From positions 3,968,001-4,032,000 of the forward strand of contig OZ242010.1 in NCBI GenBank assembly GCA_965204745.1: 64,000 nt of DNA, read 5' to 3'. The stretch's first letter is position 1. Each line of letters starts with the position of its first letter. This stretch comes from Candidatus Latescibacterota bacterium (GTDB lineage Bacteria; Latescibacterota; UBA2968). A program made the translations under genes and the position numbers. Shown in pieces: positions 37,228-47,699 of the stretch. The notes below the pieces were generated by a model. The model did no database searches. It saw only the letters and a program-made list of their open reading frames with translations, and had not been told where the DNA came from.

Positions 37228-39660
37228 TTACAGTCCGATCAGGTACGACACCTTGAGCAGTACGGCGCGGTTGGTTTGGTGAAAATTGTCTGCGGTGCCA
37301 AACCCGTGGTCGTACACGAAGAAAACGTCACTGCCCGGGCGGAACCGGTAGTTGAGCAACACATTGGCCCCCACCGATTCGCTGTCGGTGTTCCACTGGG
37401 CGAAAATTTTGACGAAGAAATCGGTGGTGAACGAGTAAAGGATCCGCGTGCTCAATGCCTGAATATTGAGATTGGCTTGTGGTAAGTGGATCCAACTGCC
37501 ATCGTAGATCAACTCGATGCCCAACCGTCCGGTGGGCCGATAGACATTTTCAGACGTGATGCGATACAAGTGCCCGGTGTAATACGTCCCCACCTGAAAA
37601 TCGAGATCCAAATTCCATTTGCGATAATTTGCCGTGTCGGGCCCCAGCCTGAACGATGTGAACGCGTATTCCCCCGGGGGAATGGCGACATCGCGTCGCT
37701 TTTGCGACGGGTAAAACGCGCGGAGAACGACATCGCGGATTCTTTCCACGCGGCCCAAAATGCGGTCGGACGACTGAAAGGCGATCACCCCGTCCAAGCG
37801 CGCCCGCCAATACGGAATCGCGCCCTTGTTATCGGAAAGCACTTGCACATTGGGCGTAAATCTCAAATTGCGGATGCGGAACACTTTGGGGCGCGGCAAA
37901 TAGGACATGTTGAACTCGTACCGCCGAAACCCCCGAATCCCGCGCCTGCGGTTGACATACCCGACCTCGGGCCAGAAATTGTCCTCCACGTCCAAAACGC
38001 TTATGACCCCCGCGTATTTGGCGCCGTTGTACGCTGCGCGAAAGTAGCGCGCATCAGAGGAATCGCGCCGATCCGAATCCCAAGTGCGCGCGTAAAACGC
38101 CTGCACATTGACCGAGGTCGTGGGCGAAAAACTGAAATCCACGCCGGCCGCGCGGTTGTGTTCATCCCACCCCGAGCCGGTTTGTTTGTTCACAAAAATC
38201 ATCCCCACATTCGACCTCGCCAGCACATCGCGTTTGACGCGCAACACGGCAAAATTGCTGCGTGCGACCCGCGTGCTGTCTGGCAACAGCGCGTCATCGG
38301 TCAGCACATTCAACGCGCCGATGCTCGTGCGCCCGGCCTTGCCGGACAACTTGCCCCCCACCAGAATCGGCACGGGCCGTCTGTTTTCCAACCCGATTCT
38401 GCGGCTGTAAAACAACAGCGTGGGCGGGCGCACATCACCTCCGCGGATGGTCGCGGCTTCGCCAAAATCGAACAACTGCGCGCCTTCGAGGAAGAACTCG
38501 CGCTTCTCGGGGAAGAACTGCGAGAACTGCGTCAAGTTCACCTGCTCTTGATCCGCTTCGACTTGGGCAAAATCCGTGTTGTAGGACACGTCCAGCGCGA
38601 GATTGGGCGTTAGGCCATAGCGCACATCCGCGCCCGCTTCAAACGTGCCCTTCTCACCCGCAGCGTCTCCCGTAGCGACAAAATTGCGCGTCCTGCCCGG
38701 CAAGACGTAGGGCTTGACCTGAAACAGCCGCTTTCGCTCGACGGCCTTCAACCCATGCAACGCGCCCAAATCGGTCATCTCATACCGCCGCCGGGGCGAG
38801 GGGGTGTGCCGCCCGATCACCAACGCGACTTCCTCGTTTTTGTGCCCGATGTACCGCCCGATGTTGATGCCCCAGGTCATCTCGTCAGACGCATTGAAGC
38901 GCAGTTGATTAAACGGAATCGCGATCTCGGCTGTCCAGCCCTTATCGTGACGCCTACACCGCGTTTCCCAGATGCAATCCCAATCTCCATTGGTGGTGCG
39001 CCCTTCGTTGGACAACAGCATATCCCCGCGCGCGCCGAGCGCGTTGACCACAAAGAAAACCCCGTTCTGATTGTCGTTGAACGGGTCGATCAACAATTGG
39101 ATGTTGTCATCGCTGGAAAGCTGCCCATCTCGGCGCATGTTATTGGTGACGATGAGATCGGGATTTTCGTCGTAGCAGCTAAAGCCAAAATAAAGTTTTT
39201 CATCGTCGTAAATGATTTTCACAACGGTTCGTTCCGTCACCGGCATCCAGTAGTTGGGATCGCGCTGGACAAAGCCCTCTATGGGCATGGCGCGTTGCCA
39301 GACCGCGTCGTCCAATCGCCCGTCAATGCGCGGCGCGTCCTCGACGCGAGTCGCATACGTCATCCTGCGCGGCGTATTCTCCCACGTTCCATCGGCCACC
39401 TCGATGCGGTCACCGGGTTTTACGGACGCCCCCTCGACCAAGCGCGCCACCACGACCTCGGGCAACACTTTGATCACTTGCAAAACCGCGTCGCCACCAT
39501 CGGCGACCTGCAATTTGCCATCCAGCGCGACCCCGCCTTCAAGCCCGCGTACGTACGCGAGATCGCCCACCACCTGATCCACATTGCCACTGACCTGCGC
39601 GTGGGCCAGATGCGGCATTGCAACTGCCACCAGCGCGGCGAAAAACGAATGAAGACGCAT
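37228..39660 (-). CDS. CBM9-like + DUF5916 outer-membrane protein
   Basis: PRIDGRLDDAVW, GWTAEIAIPF, NTDFAQVEAD, FFPEKREFFLEG, LFYSRRIG. Confidence 0.88.
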   Translation of the reverse strand: MRLHSFFAALVAVAMPHLAHAQVSGNVDQVVGDLAYVRGLEGGVALDGKLQVADGGDAVLQVIKVLPEVVVARLVEGASVKPGDRIEVADGTWENTPRRMTYATRVEDAPRIDGRLDDAVWQRAMPIEGFVQRDPNYWMPVTERTVVKIIYDDEKLYFGFSCYDENPDLIVTNNMRRDGQLSSDDNIQLLIDPFNDNQNGVFFVVNALGARGDMLLSNEGRTTNGDWDCIWETRCRRHDKGWTAEIAIPFNQLRFNASDEMTWGINIGRYIGHKNEEVALVIGRHTPSPRRRYEMTDLGALHGLKAVERKRLFQVKPYVLPGRTRNFVATGDAAGEKGTFEAGADVRYGLTPNLALDVSYNTDFAQVEADQEQVNLTQFSQFFPEKREFFLEGAQLFDFGEAATIRGGDVRPPTLLFYSRRIGLENRRPVPILVGGKLSGKAGRTSIGALNVLTDDALLPDSTRVARSNFAVLRVKRDVLARSNVGMIFVNKQTGSGWDEHNRAAGVDFSFSPTTSVNVQAFYARTWDSDRRDSSDARYFRAAYNGAKYAGVISVLDVEDNFWPEVGYVNRRRGIRGFRRYEFNMSYLPRPKVFRIRNLRFTPNVQVLSDNKGAIPYWRARLDGVIAFQSSDRILGRVERIRDVVLRAFYPSQKRRDVAIPPGEYAFTSFRLGPDTANYRKWNLDLDFQVGTYYTGHLYRITSENVYRPTGRLGIELIYDGSWIHLPQANLNIQALSTRILYSFTTDFFVKIFAQWNTDSESVGANVLLNYRFRPGSDVFFVYDHGFGTADNFHQTNRAVLLKVSYLIGL

Positions 39661-39685
39661 GAGAATCTCCTGAAAGGCAAAAGGC

Positions 39686-39785
39686 GGTGAGAGGTGAGAC
39701 GTGAGAGGTGAGACGTAAGAGGTGAGAGGCCACCCGGTAGCCCACAGCCGCAAGTTGTCAGTAGTCAGTGGTCAGTGGTCAGTCC
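39686..39785. repeat. Heptamer tracts (GTGAGAG/GTGAGAC and GTNGTCA)
   Basis: Directly visible. Confidence 0.85.
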
Positions 39786-39852
39786 CCGCACCGCCCTTCC
39801 GCAAGTGAGACGTAAGATGACCTCGGGCCCGCCCAGAGAACACGCGCAACCG

Positions 39853-40893
39853 CTACTCTCGAAACAGATGATCTTCTATCGGCAAGGACATGGCAATGCC
39901 GTTGGTCGCGGAGATGAGGCCCGCTTCCATGATTTCCTGGGCGTGGCGCGACAAGTCTGCACACGTCACAAAACCGGGCGCGGTGTCGGACAAAATGCAA
40001 TGGACAAAATGCTCGGCGCCATTGCCTTCGCCTGCGGGCAGGGCGTCTCGCGCGATGGTTTCGCCGTCTTTGTCGTCGCGTGTGTACAACGTCACCTCGT
40101 CCCCGGCGATAATCGTGCCGTGCGTGCCGTGTAGGATGACTTCGTGCGCGGGCTTGTGCGGCACGGCTTCTGTCCACGTCATTTCCAAGCGGCACATGGC
40201 CTGCGGATAGCGCAATATCATCATGCCGTTGTCATCCACGGGCAAATGCGTTTTTAAGAGGCGCCCGGCCATGCCCACCACGCGGTTGGGCCGCCCCAAA
40301 AACAACACGCACAGGCTCGCGCCGTACCCGCCGTAATCGCCAAACGCGCCCGCGCCATTGAGGTGCTTGTCAAACAGGAAATCGCAAAATTGTTCGGAAC
40401 ACCCCAATTCGTCCGGGCCGCAATGCCCGCCGCGCCACAGCAGTTGCCACACCTGCCCTATCGCGCCCTCTCGCACCAAGCGATACGCCGTGCGGATGCC
40501 GCGATTCCAGGCCGTGGGCCAGTTGACCATCAACACGGTGCCGGCTTTTCGCGCTGCGGTCAACATGCGGTCTGCCTGCTCTAAGGTCGCGGCCATGGGC
40601 TTTTCGACCATGACGTGAATCCCTCGCGGCGCGCACATTTCCACCACGTCGGCGTGATGCGCGGTGGGCGTAAAGACGAAGACCGCGTCCGGACGCGCCT
40701 GATCCAACAGGTCGTCATCCGCATCAAAGACGCATGTGCAACCCGTGCGTTTGACAAATTGATCGCGCAAGGCCGCATCCCCATCTGCCGCGCCGACCAA
40801 CTCGGCATTGTCCAAAGCCTCGAGCGCGCGCAAATTCGACCACACATGATCGTGCGCCAAACCCAGCACGCCGATTTTTACCGTTTGTGTCAT
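39853..40893 (-). CDS. Gfo/Idh/MocA family oxidoreductase
   Basis: IGVLGLAHDH, VMVEKPMA. Confidence 0.9.
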   Translation of the reverse strand: MTQTVKIGVLGLAHDHVWSNLRALEALDNAELVGAADGDAALRDQFVKRTGCTCVFDADDDLLDQARPDAVFVFTPTAHHADVVEMCAPRGIHVMVEKPMAATLEQADRMLTAARKAGTVLMVNWPTAWNRGIRTAYRLVREGAIGQVWQLLWRGGHCGPDELGCSEQFCDFLFDKHLNGAGAFGDYGGYGASLCVLFLGRPNRVVGMAGRLLKTHLPVDDNGMMILRYPQAMCRLEMTWTEAVPHKPAHEVILHGTHGTIIAGDEVTLYTRDDKDGETIARDALPAGEGNGAEHFVHCILSDTAPGFVTCADLSRHAQEIMEAGLISATNGIAMSLPIEDHLFRE

Positions 40894-41032
40894 GCTTCCT
40901 CCTCGAGATGGAATACCTGCGATAGCCGCCTAAAAAATATACCGACCACCATAAAAAGCAACCGCTTTGTTATCGGATTTGCGAGGCGGGTTGGGATGGC
41001 CTATATTAACTGCCTATTCAAAGGAGGGGAAA

Positions 41033-41977
41033 ATGAAATATCGCACGTTGGGGCGCACCGGGTTGAAGGTTTCGATCATGGGCATTGGCGGGGGTGGGCC
41101 GACGCAACTGGGGCAAAAGACGGGCGTGGACCAAGCGGGGGTGAACCGGTTGGTGCGCCGGGCATTGGATCTCGGCATCAATTTTTTTGACACCGCGGCG
41201 GCGTATGGCGAGAGCGAGACCATTTTGGGCACCGCGCTTGAGGGCGTACCGCGCGATGAGTACGTTTTGGCGACCAAATTTCACGCCCATCGGGGCAAAG
41301 ACGAGTTCGTCAGCCCGGGCGATGTGGTGGATTCCGTGACGCGCAGTCTGCAACGGCTACAGGTCGATTACGTGGATATCCTACAGTGGCACGGGGTGCG
41401 CCCGCATCACTACGGTGACGCCATCCCCGCGCTGTGGCCCACTGTGGAGAAGCTGAAAGAACAGGGCTTGGTTCGCTTTATCGGGGTGAGCGAGACCTAC
41501 GCAGAAGACCACAAACACGAGATGTTCGCGCAGGCATTGGCAGATGATTTGTTCGACACGGCGATGGTGGGCTACAATTTGCTCAGTCCCACGCCCGAGC
41601 ACGAGATTTTGCCCAAATGTGCAGAATTAAACGTGGGCGTGATTTGCATGGTCGCGGTTCGGCGAGCACTCGCGCGGCCCGAGGTGCTCAAAGAGCGCAT
41701 CGCGTACGCCAAGGCCAAAGGGCTGATCGCCCCTGACGCGCTGGACGATGAGGACCCGCTAGGCTGGCTGGTCACAGGCGATGTCGCGTCCTTGCCCGCG
41801 GCCGGCTACAAGTACGTGAACGCGCATCCGGCCATGGGCGTGGTATTGTCCGGCACTGCGAATGTCGATCACTTAGAAGAAAATGTGAACGCGATCCTAG
41901 GCCCGCCCCTACCCGATGAACACATGGCGCGGTTGCGGTCTGTTTTTGGGAATGTGTGGGAACCACTGGGTAACTAG
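41033..41977 (+). CDS. Aldo/keto reductase
   Basis: YRTLGRTGLKVS, FFDTAAAYG, ATK, SLQRLQVDYVDIL. Confidence 0.92.
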   Translation: MKYRTLGRTGLKVSIMGIGGGGPTQLGQKTGVDQAGVNRLVRRALDLGINFFDTAAAYGESETILGTALEGVPRDEYVLATKFHAHRGKDEFVSPGDVVDSVTRSLQRLQVDYVDILQWHGVRPHHYGDAIPALWPTVEKLKEQGLVRFIGVSETYAEDHKHEMFAQALADDLFDTAMVGYNLLSPTPEHEILPKCAELNVGVICMVAVRRALARPEVLKERIAYAKAKGLIAPDALDDEDPLGWLVTGDVASLPAAGYKYVNAHPAMGVVLSGTANVDHLEENVNAILGPPLPDEHMARLRSVFGNVWEPLGN

Positions 41978-41997
41978 TCGGACAGTCGCTCCTTATC

Positions 41998-42315
41998 GGG
42001 ACCTACCCCCCTAGCCCCCCTTCCTGCGAGGAAGGGGGGAACGCGGATGGGTTTTGCGAGGGGATGGTGTGAGGGATTTTTAATCGCTTTATGCCCTCGG
42101 TCAATGCCATCAGATTAACCCTTGAGATAAGCCATCAAAGGAGCTTTACTCCCCTTTCCTCGTAGGAAAGGGGCCGGGGGATAGGTCACCTCGGTCAATG
42201 CCATCAGATTAACCCTTGATATGAGCCATCAAAGGAGCTTTACTCCCCTTTCCTCGTAGGCACAGGCGTAGCCTACAATGAGCGAAGCGAATAACGGGGC
42301 CGGGGGATAGGTCCC
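41998..42315. repeat. Palindromic repeat family copy with internal duplication
   Basis: gggacctacccc..gggggataggtccc ends; tcggtcaatgccatcagattaaccc occurs twice. Confidence 0.88.
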
Positions 42316-42370
42316 CTCGCAAAACGCCATCAGACAGCAAGCAACACTTGCTAATCTGTGCGTAACGTCT

Positions 42371-43600
42371 TTGTTTTCCCAACCGCTGACCCCAAAAAAT
42401 AAGAGGTCTTTTTTGAACAATCCAATCTCTGAATGGAACCGGGACTTTCGGTTGCTGGCCCTGGCCGTTGCTTCGCAGGGGATATTTTTCGGCGTGCAAC
42501 TGACGTTGTTCAACAATTTTATTGTCGAACGCCTGAATATCGACGCCCACGAATTGGGGTACGTGGAATCCCTGCGCGAGGTGCCGGGGTTTATGAATGC
42601 GTTTTTTGTCGCGCTGATGGTGCGGTTCGCGCCGCCGATAGTCGCGGCGGTTTCCCTGATGATCATGGGCGCGGGCATTGCGGCATACGCACAGGTGGAT
42701 TCGGTTTTTGTGCTGGCCGCGTATTCGCTGGTGTGGAGTGTGGGTTTTCACTGCTGGATCCCGATGGAGCAGTCGATGGCCCTGGTCTTTTCGCCCGGGG
42801 GCAAGAAGGGGAAATGGTTGGGCCAGTTGCGAAGCGTGAACAGCATCGCTTGGTTGTTGTCCATTTTGATCTGCAAATTGGCCTACGATTTTGTCGGGTA
42901 CAACGGCCTGTTCGCCATGGCAGGCGCGGCGACAGTGGGCGGCGGGTTTGCGATTTTGTTCGCGTCTCGGCGCCGCCCGCCCCACGAGCGGAGTTTTGTG
43001 TTTAAGCGGCGATACGGCCTGTATTACGGGCTGAATTTTCTGCAAGGGCTTCGCAAGCAGATGTTCATTACGTTTGCGATTTTCGCACTGGTAAAAATTC
43101 ACGGCATGCCCGTGCATACGACGATGCTTTTGGTGTTGATAAACCAGACCTTGATCACGTTGACCGCGCCCACGATGGGCAAGTTGGTCGATCACTACGG
43201 CGAGCGCAAAATGTTGTCGTTCAGCTATGTAGGGCTGTCATTTGTGTTTTTGGGTTATGCTGTGGTGACGCACCGCCCAACGCTCTACGCGCTGTACTGC
43301 ATCGACAATCTCATCTTTTTTGGCGGGATCGCATTGACGACCTACCTCCACAAGATCGCGCCCGAATCGGATCTCAAACCCTCGCTCGCTATGGGCGTGA
43401 CCATGAACCATGTGGCCTCGGTTGCCGCGCCGCTCTTGGGCGGATTCGCCTGGCACTATTTCGGGTACCAAGTGATTTTCTTTTGCGGCGCGATCCTCGC
43501 CCTGATTTCCCTGATCGTCAGCCAACGGGTCGATCCCGAAGGTCAACTCCAACGCGAGCGAGACGCCCTGATAGATCGCGCAGTCGCGCAACAGACGTAA
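42371..43600 (+). CDS. MFS transporter
   Basis: About 12 TM segments, GKLVDHYGERK; start uncertain. Confidence 0.87.
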   Translation: MFSQPLTPKNKRSFLNNPISEWNRDFRLLALAVASQGIFFGVQLTLFNNFIVERLNIDAHELGYVESLREVPGFMNAFFVALMVRFAPPIVAAVSLMIMGAGIAAYAQVDSVFVLAAYSLVWSVGFHCWIPMEQSMALVFSPGGKKGKWLGQLRSVNSIAWLLSILICKLAYDFVGYNGLFAMAGAATVGGGFAILFASRRRPPHERSFVFKRRYGLYYGLNFLQGLRKQMFITFAIFALVKIHGMPVHTTMLLVLINQTLITLTAPTMGKLVDHYGERKMLSFSYVGLSFVFLGYAVVTHRPTLYALYCIDNLIFFGGIALTTYLHKIAPESDLKPSLAMGVTMNHVASVAAPLLGGFAWHYFGYQVIFFCGAILALISLIVSQRVDPEGQLQRERDALIDRAVAQQT

Positions 43601-43673
43601 GACGGGAGAGGTGAGACGGGAGAGGTGAGACGGGAGGCGTAAGACGTAAGACGTAAGACGTAAGACGTAAGAC
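43597..43673. repeat. Heptamer tract (GTAAGAC/GTGAGAC/GGGAGAG) containing the MFS stop codon
   Basis: acgTAAgacgggagaggtgagac... Confidence 0.9.
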
Positions 43674-43780
43674 CACCCCCCACTGGAAAGGCGAAAAAGA
43701 AAACCGCCATCTGCGTTTGTGCAGACAGCGGCGTTTCAATCTTTGTTCTCATGAAAGTAAAGCGCGAGGATTGCTTTTTT

Positions 43781-44071
43781 TTACGACCCGATTCCACGCA
43801 AAATCAGGCCAGCCAAAACGATAAACATCGTGACTTGGATGCCGATCACCCATCGCAACGTAGCCCGCAGGTCTTGAATTTCTGCCCGCATGTCTGCCCG
43901 CAGGTCGTCAATGCGGTTGTTCACGTCGTCAAAGCGATTGTTCACGTCGTCAATGCGTCTGTTCACGTCGTCAATGCGCCTGTTCACGTCGTCAACGCGC
44001 TTGTTCAGTTGCACCATTTCACCGCGTAACTCTGCGAGTCCAATGCGTTGATCCAATTCTTGATCTGCCAT
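43781..44071 (-). CDS. Small coiled-coil protein with heptad repeats and C-terminal TM (DUF1640/CCDC90-like)
   Basis: (DDVNRRI)n 21-bp repeats, LRWVIGIQVTMFIVLAG; AGGAG RBS. Confidence 0.75.
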   Translation of the reverse strand: MADQELDQRIGLAELRGEMVQLNKRVDDVNRRIDDVNRRIDDVNNRFDDVNNRIDDLRADMRAEIQDLRATLRWVIGIQVTMFIVLAGLILRGIGS

Positions 44072-44274
44072 TTCAACTCCTTTGTTAAGCCTTTTCAAGG
44101 CCAGTGCGTTTTGCCAGTGACGCCAAAATATACCCAAATACAACGAGGTTGGCAACGGGGATTTTGTCATCTGACCACTTGGGGGCGGCAGGGTTATCTC
44201 ACCTCTCCCTTCTCACCTCTCACCGAAGGGCGTTGGGCGGGGCGGTCTCACCTCTCCCGTCTTACCTCTTACCG

Positions 44275-46704
44275 ATGATGTTCACCAACTACCTCACCAT
44301 AGCTCGTCGCAATTTGTGGGCGCACAAGCGAGACGCGCTGATCAATGTGCTCGGCCTGAGTGTGGGCATGGCGTGTTGCGTGATGGCGTCTCTCGTCGTG
44401 CACCGAGAGATGAGCTATGACCGATTTCATCCCAAAGCCGAGCGCGTCTATCGCGTTCTGCGGGAGCGGGTGAGCAATGAGCAGACGCAGGTGCGCTGGT
44501 TGACCTCTGGCGCCTTGGCGCGCACCCTCGAAGCGGAGATTCCCGAAGTTGAACGGGCGTCCAAAAACCGCATCTCTCCGGTTATGGCGCGCTATGGGGA
44601 GCGCGCCCTGACCCTTGCCCAAGGTCAGGTTGACGCGCAGTTTTTCGACCTGTTCCACTTTCCGTTTGCAAGGGGCAATGCCGAAGCCCTCGCGCAACCG
44701 TATCGCATCGGGATTACGCAAGCCGCAGCAACGCGGTTATTCGGCGCGGACGATCCCATGGGCGAGGTCATCGCGGTTCGAGATCGGTACTACGGCGGGG
44801 ATTATACGGTCGCCGCGGTCCTGCAAACCCCGCCACAAACTTCGTCCATCCCATTCGATCTGTTGCACATGACCCTTGGACGCAATGAGTTAGCCCAATT
44901 CGACTGGACGGAGTGGCAAGGCCTGGTGCAACAAGCCGGGATCGAGACCTTTGTGTTGTTGCGAGACGGGGTTCAGGCGCGGGAACTCGAAGGCAAACTC
45001 TCGGGCATCATCGCCCGACACATGGGCGCGGAGGTGCGCCAAATTCTCGCGTATCGCTTGCAACCGCTCACCCGGTTGCACTTGTATGGGCGTCAGGATT
45101 ATCGGCTGGATTCGGCCGGGGATATTCGCACCCTGTACCTCTTGGGGGCCATTGCCGCGCTCGTGCTTGCGATTGCCGCGATCAATTTCGTCAACCTCGC
45201 CACCGCACGCTCGATGAATCGCGCCCGCGAAGTGGGGATGCGAAAAGTGGTCGGCGCGCAACGCGGTTCACTCATCTTGCAACTGCTCTGCGAGACCGTC
45301 GTGCTCGCGGTTCTCGCGCTGATCATCGCGGTGCCATTGGCGCGTATTGGGTTGATGGAATTGGGTCATCTGACGGGCGGGCAGGAACACTTGAGCGTGC
45401 GAACCCCGATTGACCTGTTGCCCGACCTGATCGCTTTCGCACTCGCCGTGGGCATTGCCGCGGGGATATACCCTGCGGTTTATTTGTCGGCCTCGTCCCC
45501 GGTCGACGCGCTCAAGGGCATCGCGCACAGGTCGGGCGCACGCCTGCGGCAGGTGCTCATCGTCGCGCAATTTGCCATTGCAATTCTGCTCATGGTGATG
45601 ACGGACGTGGTCTATCGACAACTCGACTACATCCAGCGCAAAGACCTCGGTTTTGAGAAAGAACACTTGGTTTTGCTACCCATTTTTCGGATGGATCGCG
45701 ATTCCAAGACCAACCGCGATCCGTGGCTGGCAGCGGATTATCAGACTGTAAAGCAGGCGTTTTTACAACACGCGCAAGTCGTTGCCGCATCTGCTTTCCG
45801 GTTCTTGCCCGGGCGCGAGGGCGGCGGTTTTGTGCGAATTGTCAAGCCCGAGGGCCACGACCAGACCGAATGGCGAATGCCGGTGCAAGAGGCCGATGAA
45901 GATTTCTTTGCGACCCTCGGCGTGCCCCTGCTGGCAGGCCGCACGTTCTCGGCCGAGAGTGAACGTGACCGCACGCACGCGTACATCCTCAATGAGACCG
46001 CTGTGCGCGCGCTCGGTTGGGCCGTGCGAGACGCTGTGGGAAGGCGATTTGGCCGGGCGCGGTCAGAGGACGATGCCAAAGGTACGGTCATCGGCGTCGT
46101 TGCGGATTTTCACTACGCCTCCCTACGCGAGCGCGTTTTACCGGCCGCATTTGCGTACCGCCAGTGGTTTTACAATTATCTGGCGTTGCGCGTGCGCGAT
46201 TTTCCAACTGTGCGGCCCTTTCTCGAACAGACATGGGACGCATTGATGCCACCCGATCTGCCGTTCACGGTTTCATTTTTGGATCGAGAACTCGATGCGA
46301 TTTACACATCCGAAAGGAACCTGGGGCAAACCGTCGCAGTCTTTGCAGGACTCGCTGTGTTGCTCGCGTGTTTGGGCTTGTTCGGGCTCGCGGCTTTTAC
46401 AGCGGAACGCCGCACGCGCGAAATCGGCATCCGCAAGGTGCTCGGCGCGTCTGTTGCGAGCATCGTGTTGCTGTTGTCCAAAGCCTTTCTAAAACTCGTG
46501 CTCGTCGCCAATCTCATCGCTTGGCCCGTCGCCTATTATCTGTCCCACCTCTATTTGCAGAACTTCGCGTATCGCACCCCCCTCAGCGCGTGGCCCTTTG
46601 TTCTGTCCGGCCTGCTCGCCCTGGTCGTCGCCCTGCTCACCGTTGGCACACACGCCTTCACCGCGGCTCGCATCAACCCAGTCGAAATCCTGCGGAGTGA
46701 ATAG
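44275..46704 (+). CDS. ABC transporter permease (MacB/FtsX duplicated)
   Basis: NYLTIARRNL, INFVNLATARS..RAREVGMRKVVGA, RTREIGIRKVLGA, NPVEILRSE. Confidence 0.93.
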   Translation: MMFTNYLTIARRNLWAHKRDALINVLGLSVGMACCVMASLVVHREMSYDRFHPKAERVYRVLRERVSNEQTQVRWLTSGALARTLEAEIPEVERASKNRISPVMARYGERALTLAQGQVDAQFFDLFHFPFARGNAEALAQPYRIGITQAAATRLFGADDPMGEVIAVRDRYYGGDYTVAAVLQTPPQTSSIPFDLLHMTLGRNELAQFDWTEWQGLVQQAGIETFVLLRDGVQARELEGKLSGIIARHMGAEVRQILAYRLQPLTRLHLYGRQDYRLDSAGDIRTLYLLGAIAALVLAIAAINFVNLATARSMNRAREVGMRKVVGAQRGSLILQLLCETVVLAVLALIIAVPLARIGLMELGHLTGGQEHLSVRTPIDLLPDLIAFALAVGIAAGIYPAVYLSASSPVDALKGIAHRSGARLRQVLIVAQFAIAILLMVMTDVVYRQLDYIQRKDLGFEKEHLVLLPIFRMDRDSKTNRDPWLAADYQTVKQAFLQHAQVVAASAFRFLPGREGGGFVRIVKPEGHDQTEWRMPVQEADEDFFATLGVPLLAGRTFSAESERDRTHAYILNETAVRALGWAVRDAVGRRFGRARSEDDAKGTVIGVVADFHYASLRERVLPAAFAYRQWFYNYLALRVRDFPTVRPFLEQTWDALMPPDLPFTVSFLDRELDAIYTSERNLGQTVAVFAGLAVLLACLGLFGLAAFTAERRTREIGIRKVLGASVASIVLLLSKAFLKLVLVANLIAWPVAYYLSHLYLQNFAYRTPLSAWPFVLSGLLALVVALLTVGTHAFTAARINPVEILRSE

Positions 46705-46927
46705 GCTGACTCGCGCAGAAAAAAAATAAATAAAACCCCCGAGACCATGTTCACGGTTCCGCGATCCTCCTTTTATCCATGTTCATCCGTCCAAAGCCAT
46801 GTGGGGCTTCGCCTATCGGGTTTGGAAAAAAAATGCGTGCAAAAAAGTAGTATAAGATGTATTATGTCAACTCGCGCTTAAAAACGCATGGTTATCACGC
46901 GAATCGTCTCCATCCTCATCATAGCGT

Positions 46928-47512
46928 TCATCGCAACCCCAGAGCTTTTTGATGGAGCAAATCCGAGAGGCGTTGGTTTTCCTCGCGGAGTCTTTTGATG
47001 GTTTCCGCCCTTCTCTGTGCGGTCATTTGCATCTCGTCGCGTTCTCGGCGCAACCAATTTGCGTCTTGTTGTGCGCGTTTCTCGTTTTCTCGCGCCACGC
47101 GCAGTTCTTCTCGCGTTTTTTCGAGTTCTGCTTGAAATGCCCGCGCTTCTGTCCATCCGGACGCGGATGATGCCTCTAATTGTGCATTGCGTTCATTCAG
47201 ATTGTGAATTTCCGCTCTCAGTTCTTTTTCCCTCGTTTCGAGCACCGCCAATTTGCCCAATTTTTGTTGCTGGTTTTCAAATTCGGATTTTTCAACGAGG
47301 ATTTGATTGGGTTCATGGCGCGTTTCCACGTCATTTTGATCCAGCGATTTTCCAAATTTTTTCCGAAATAATTCCGAAATGTCTTCATGTGGAATGCGCC
47401 AGGTACCATTCCACATTTCGGCCTTCACAAAATCCCTATTGATATAGTTTCTTATCGTCTTATCCGTCACTTGAAGGATTTTGGCGGCTTCGAGAATGCT
47501 GTAATTTTCCAT
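46928..47512 (-). CDS. MerR/Xis-type HTH protein with long coiled coil
   Basis: YSILEAAKILQVTDKTIRNYI..GTWRI followed by ~110 aa of heptads. Confidence 0.8.
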   Translation of the reverse strand: MENYSILEAAKILQVTDKTIRNYINRDFVKAEMWNGTWRIPHEDISELFRKKFGKSLDQNDVETRHEPNQILVEKSEFENQQQKLGKLAVLETREKELRAEIHNLNERNAQLEASSASGWTEARAFQAELEKTREELRVARENEKRAQQDANWLRRERDEMQMTAQRRAETIKRLREENQRLSDLLHQKALGLR

Positions 47513-47699
47513 TGTTCCCCCTTTGAAAAATTCCGTATTATTTCCATATAATTTCTATAAATTTAGAACAATAATTCCATAAGGTCAAGAAAAATAAAAT
47601 AGAATGAGAGCGATTTTTTGTTATTTTTACAACAATCAGCGCACGGGCGCGATTTCTGCACTTCAAAATCACAACCCCGAAAAAAAGAGGAGGGCGGAT

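Noticed and set aside
47513-47699. Glycine riboswitch upstream of gcvT
   Set aside because: Region is very AT-rich and I see no GGAGA..CCGAAG aptamer core
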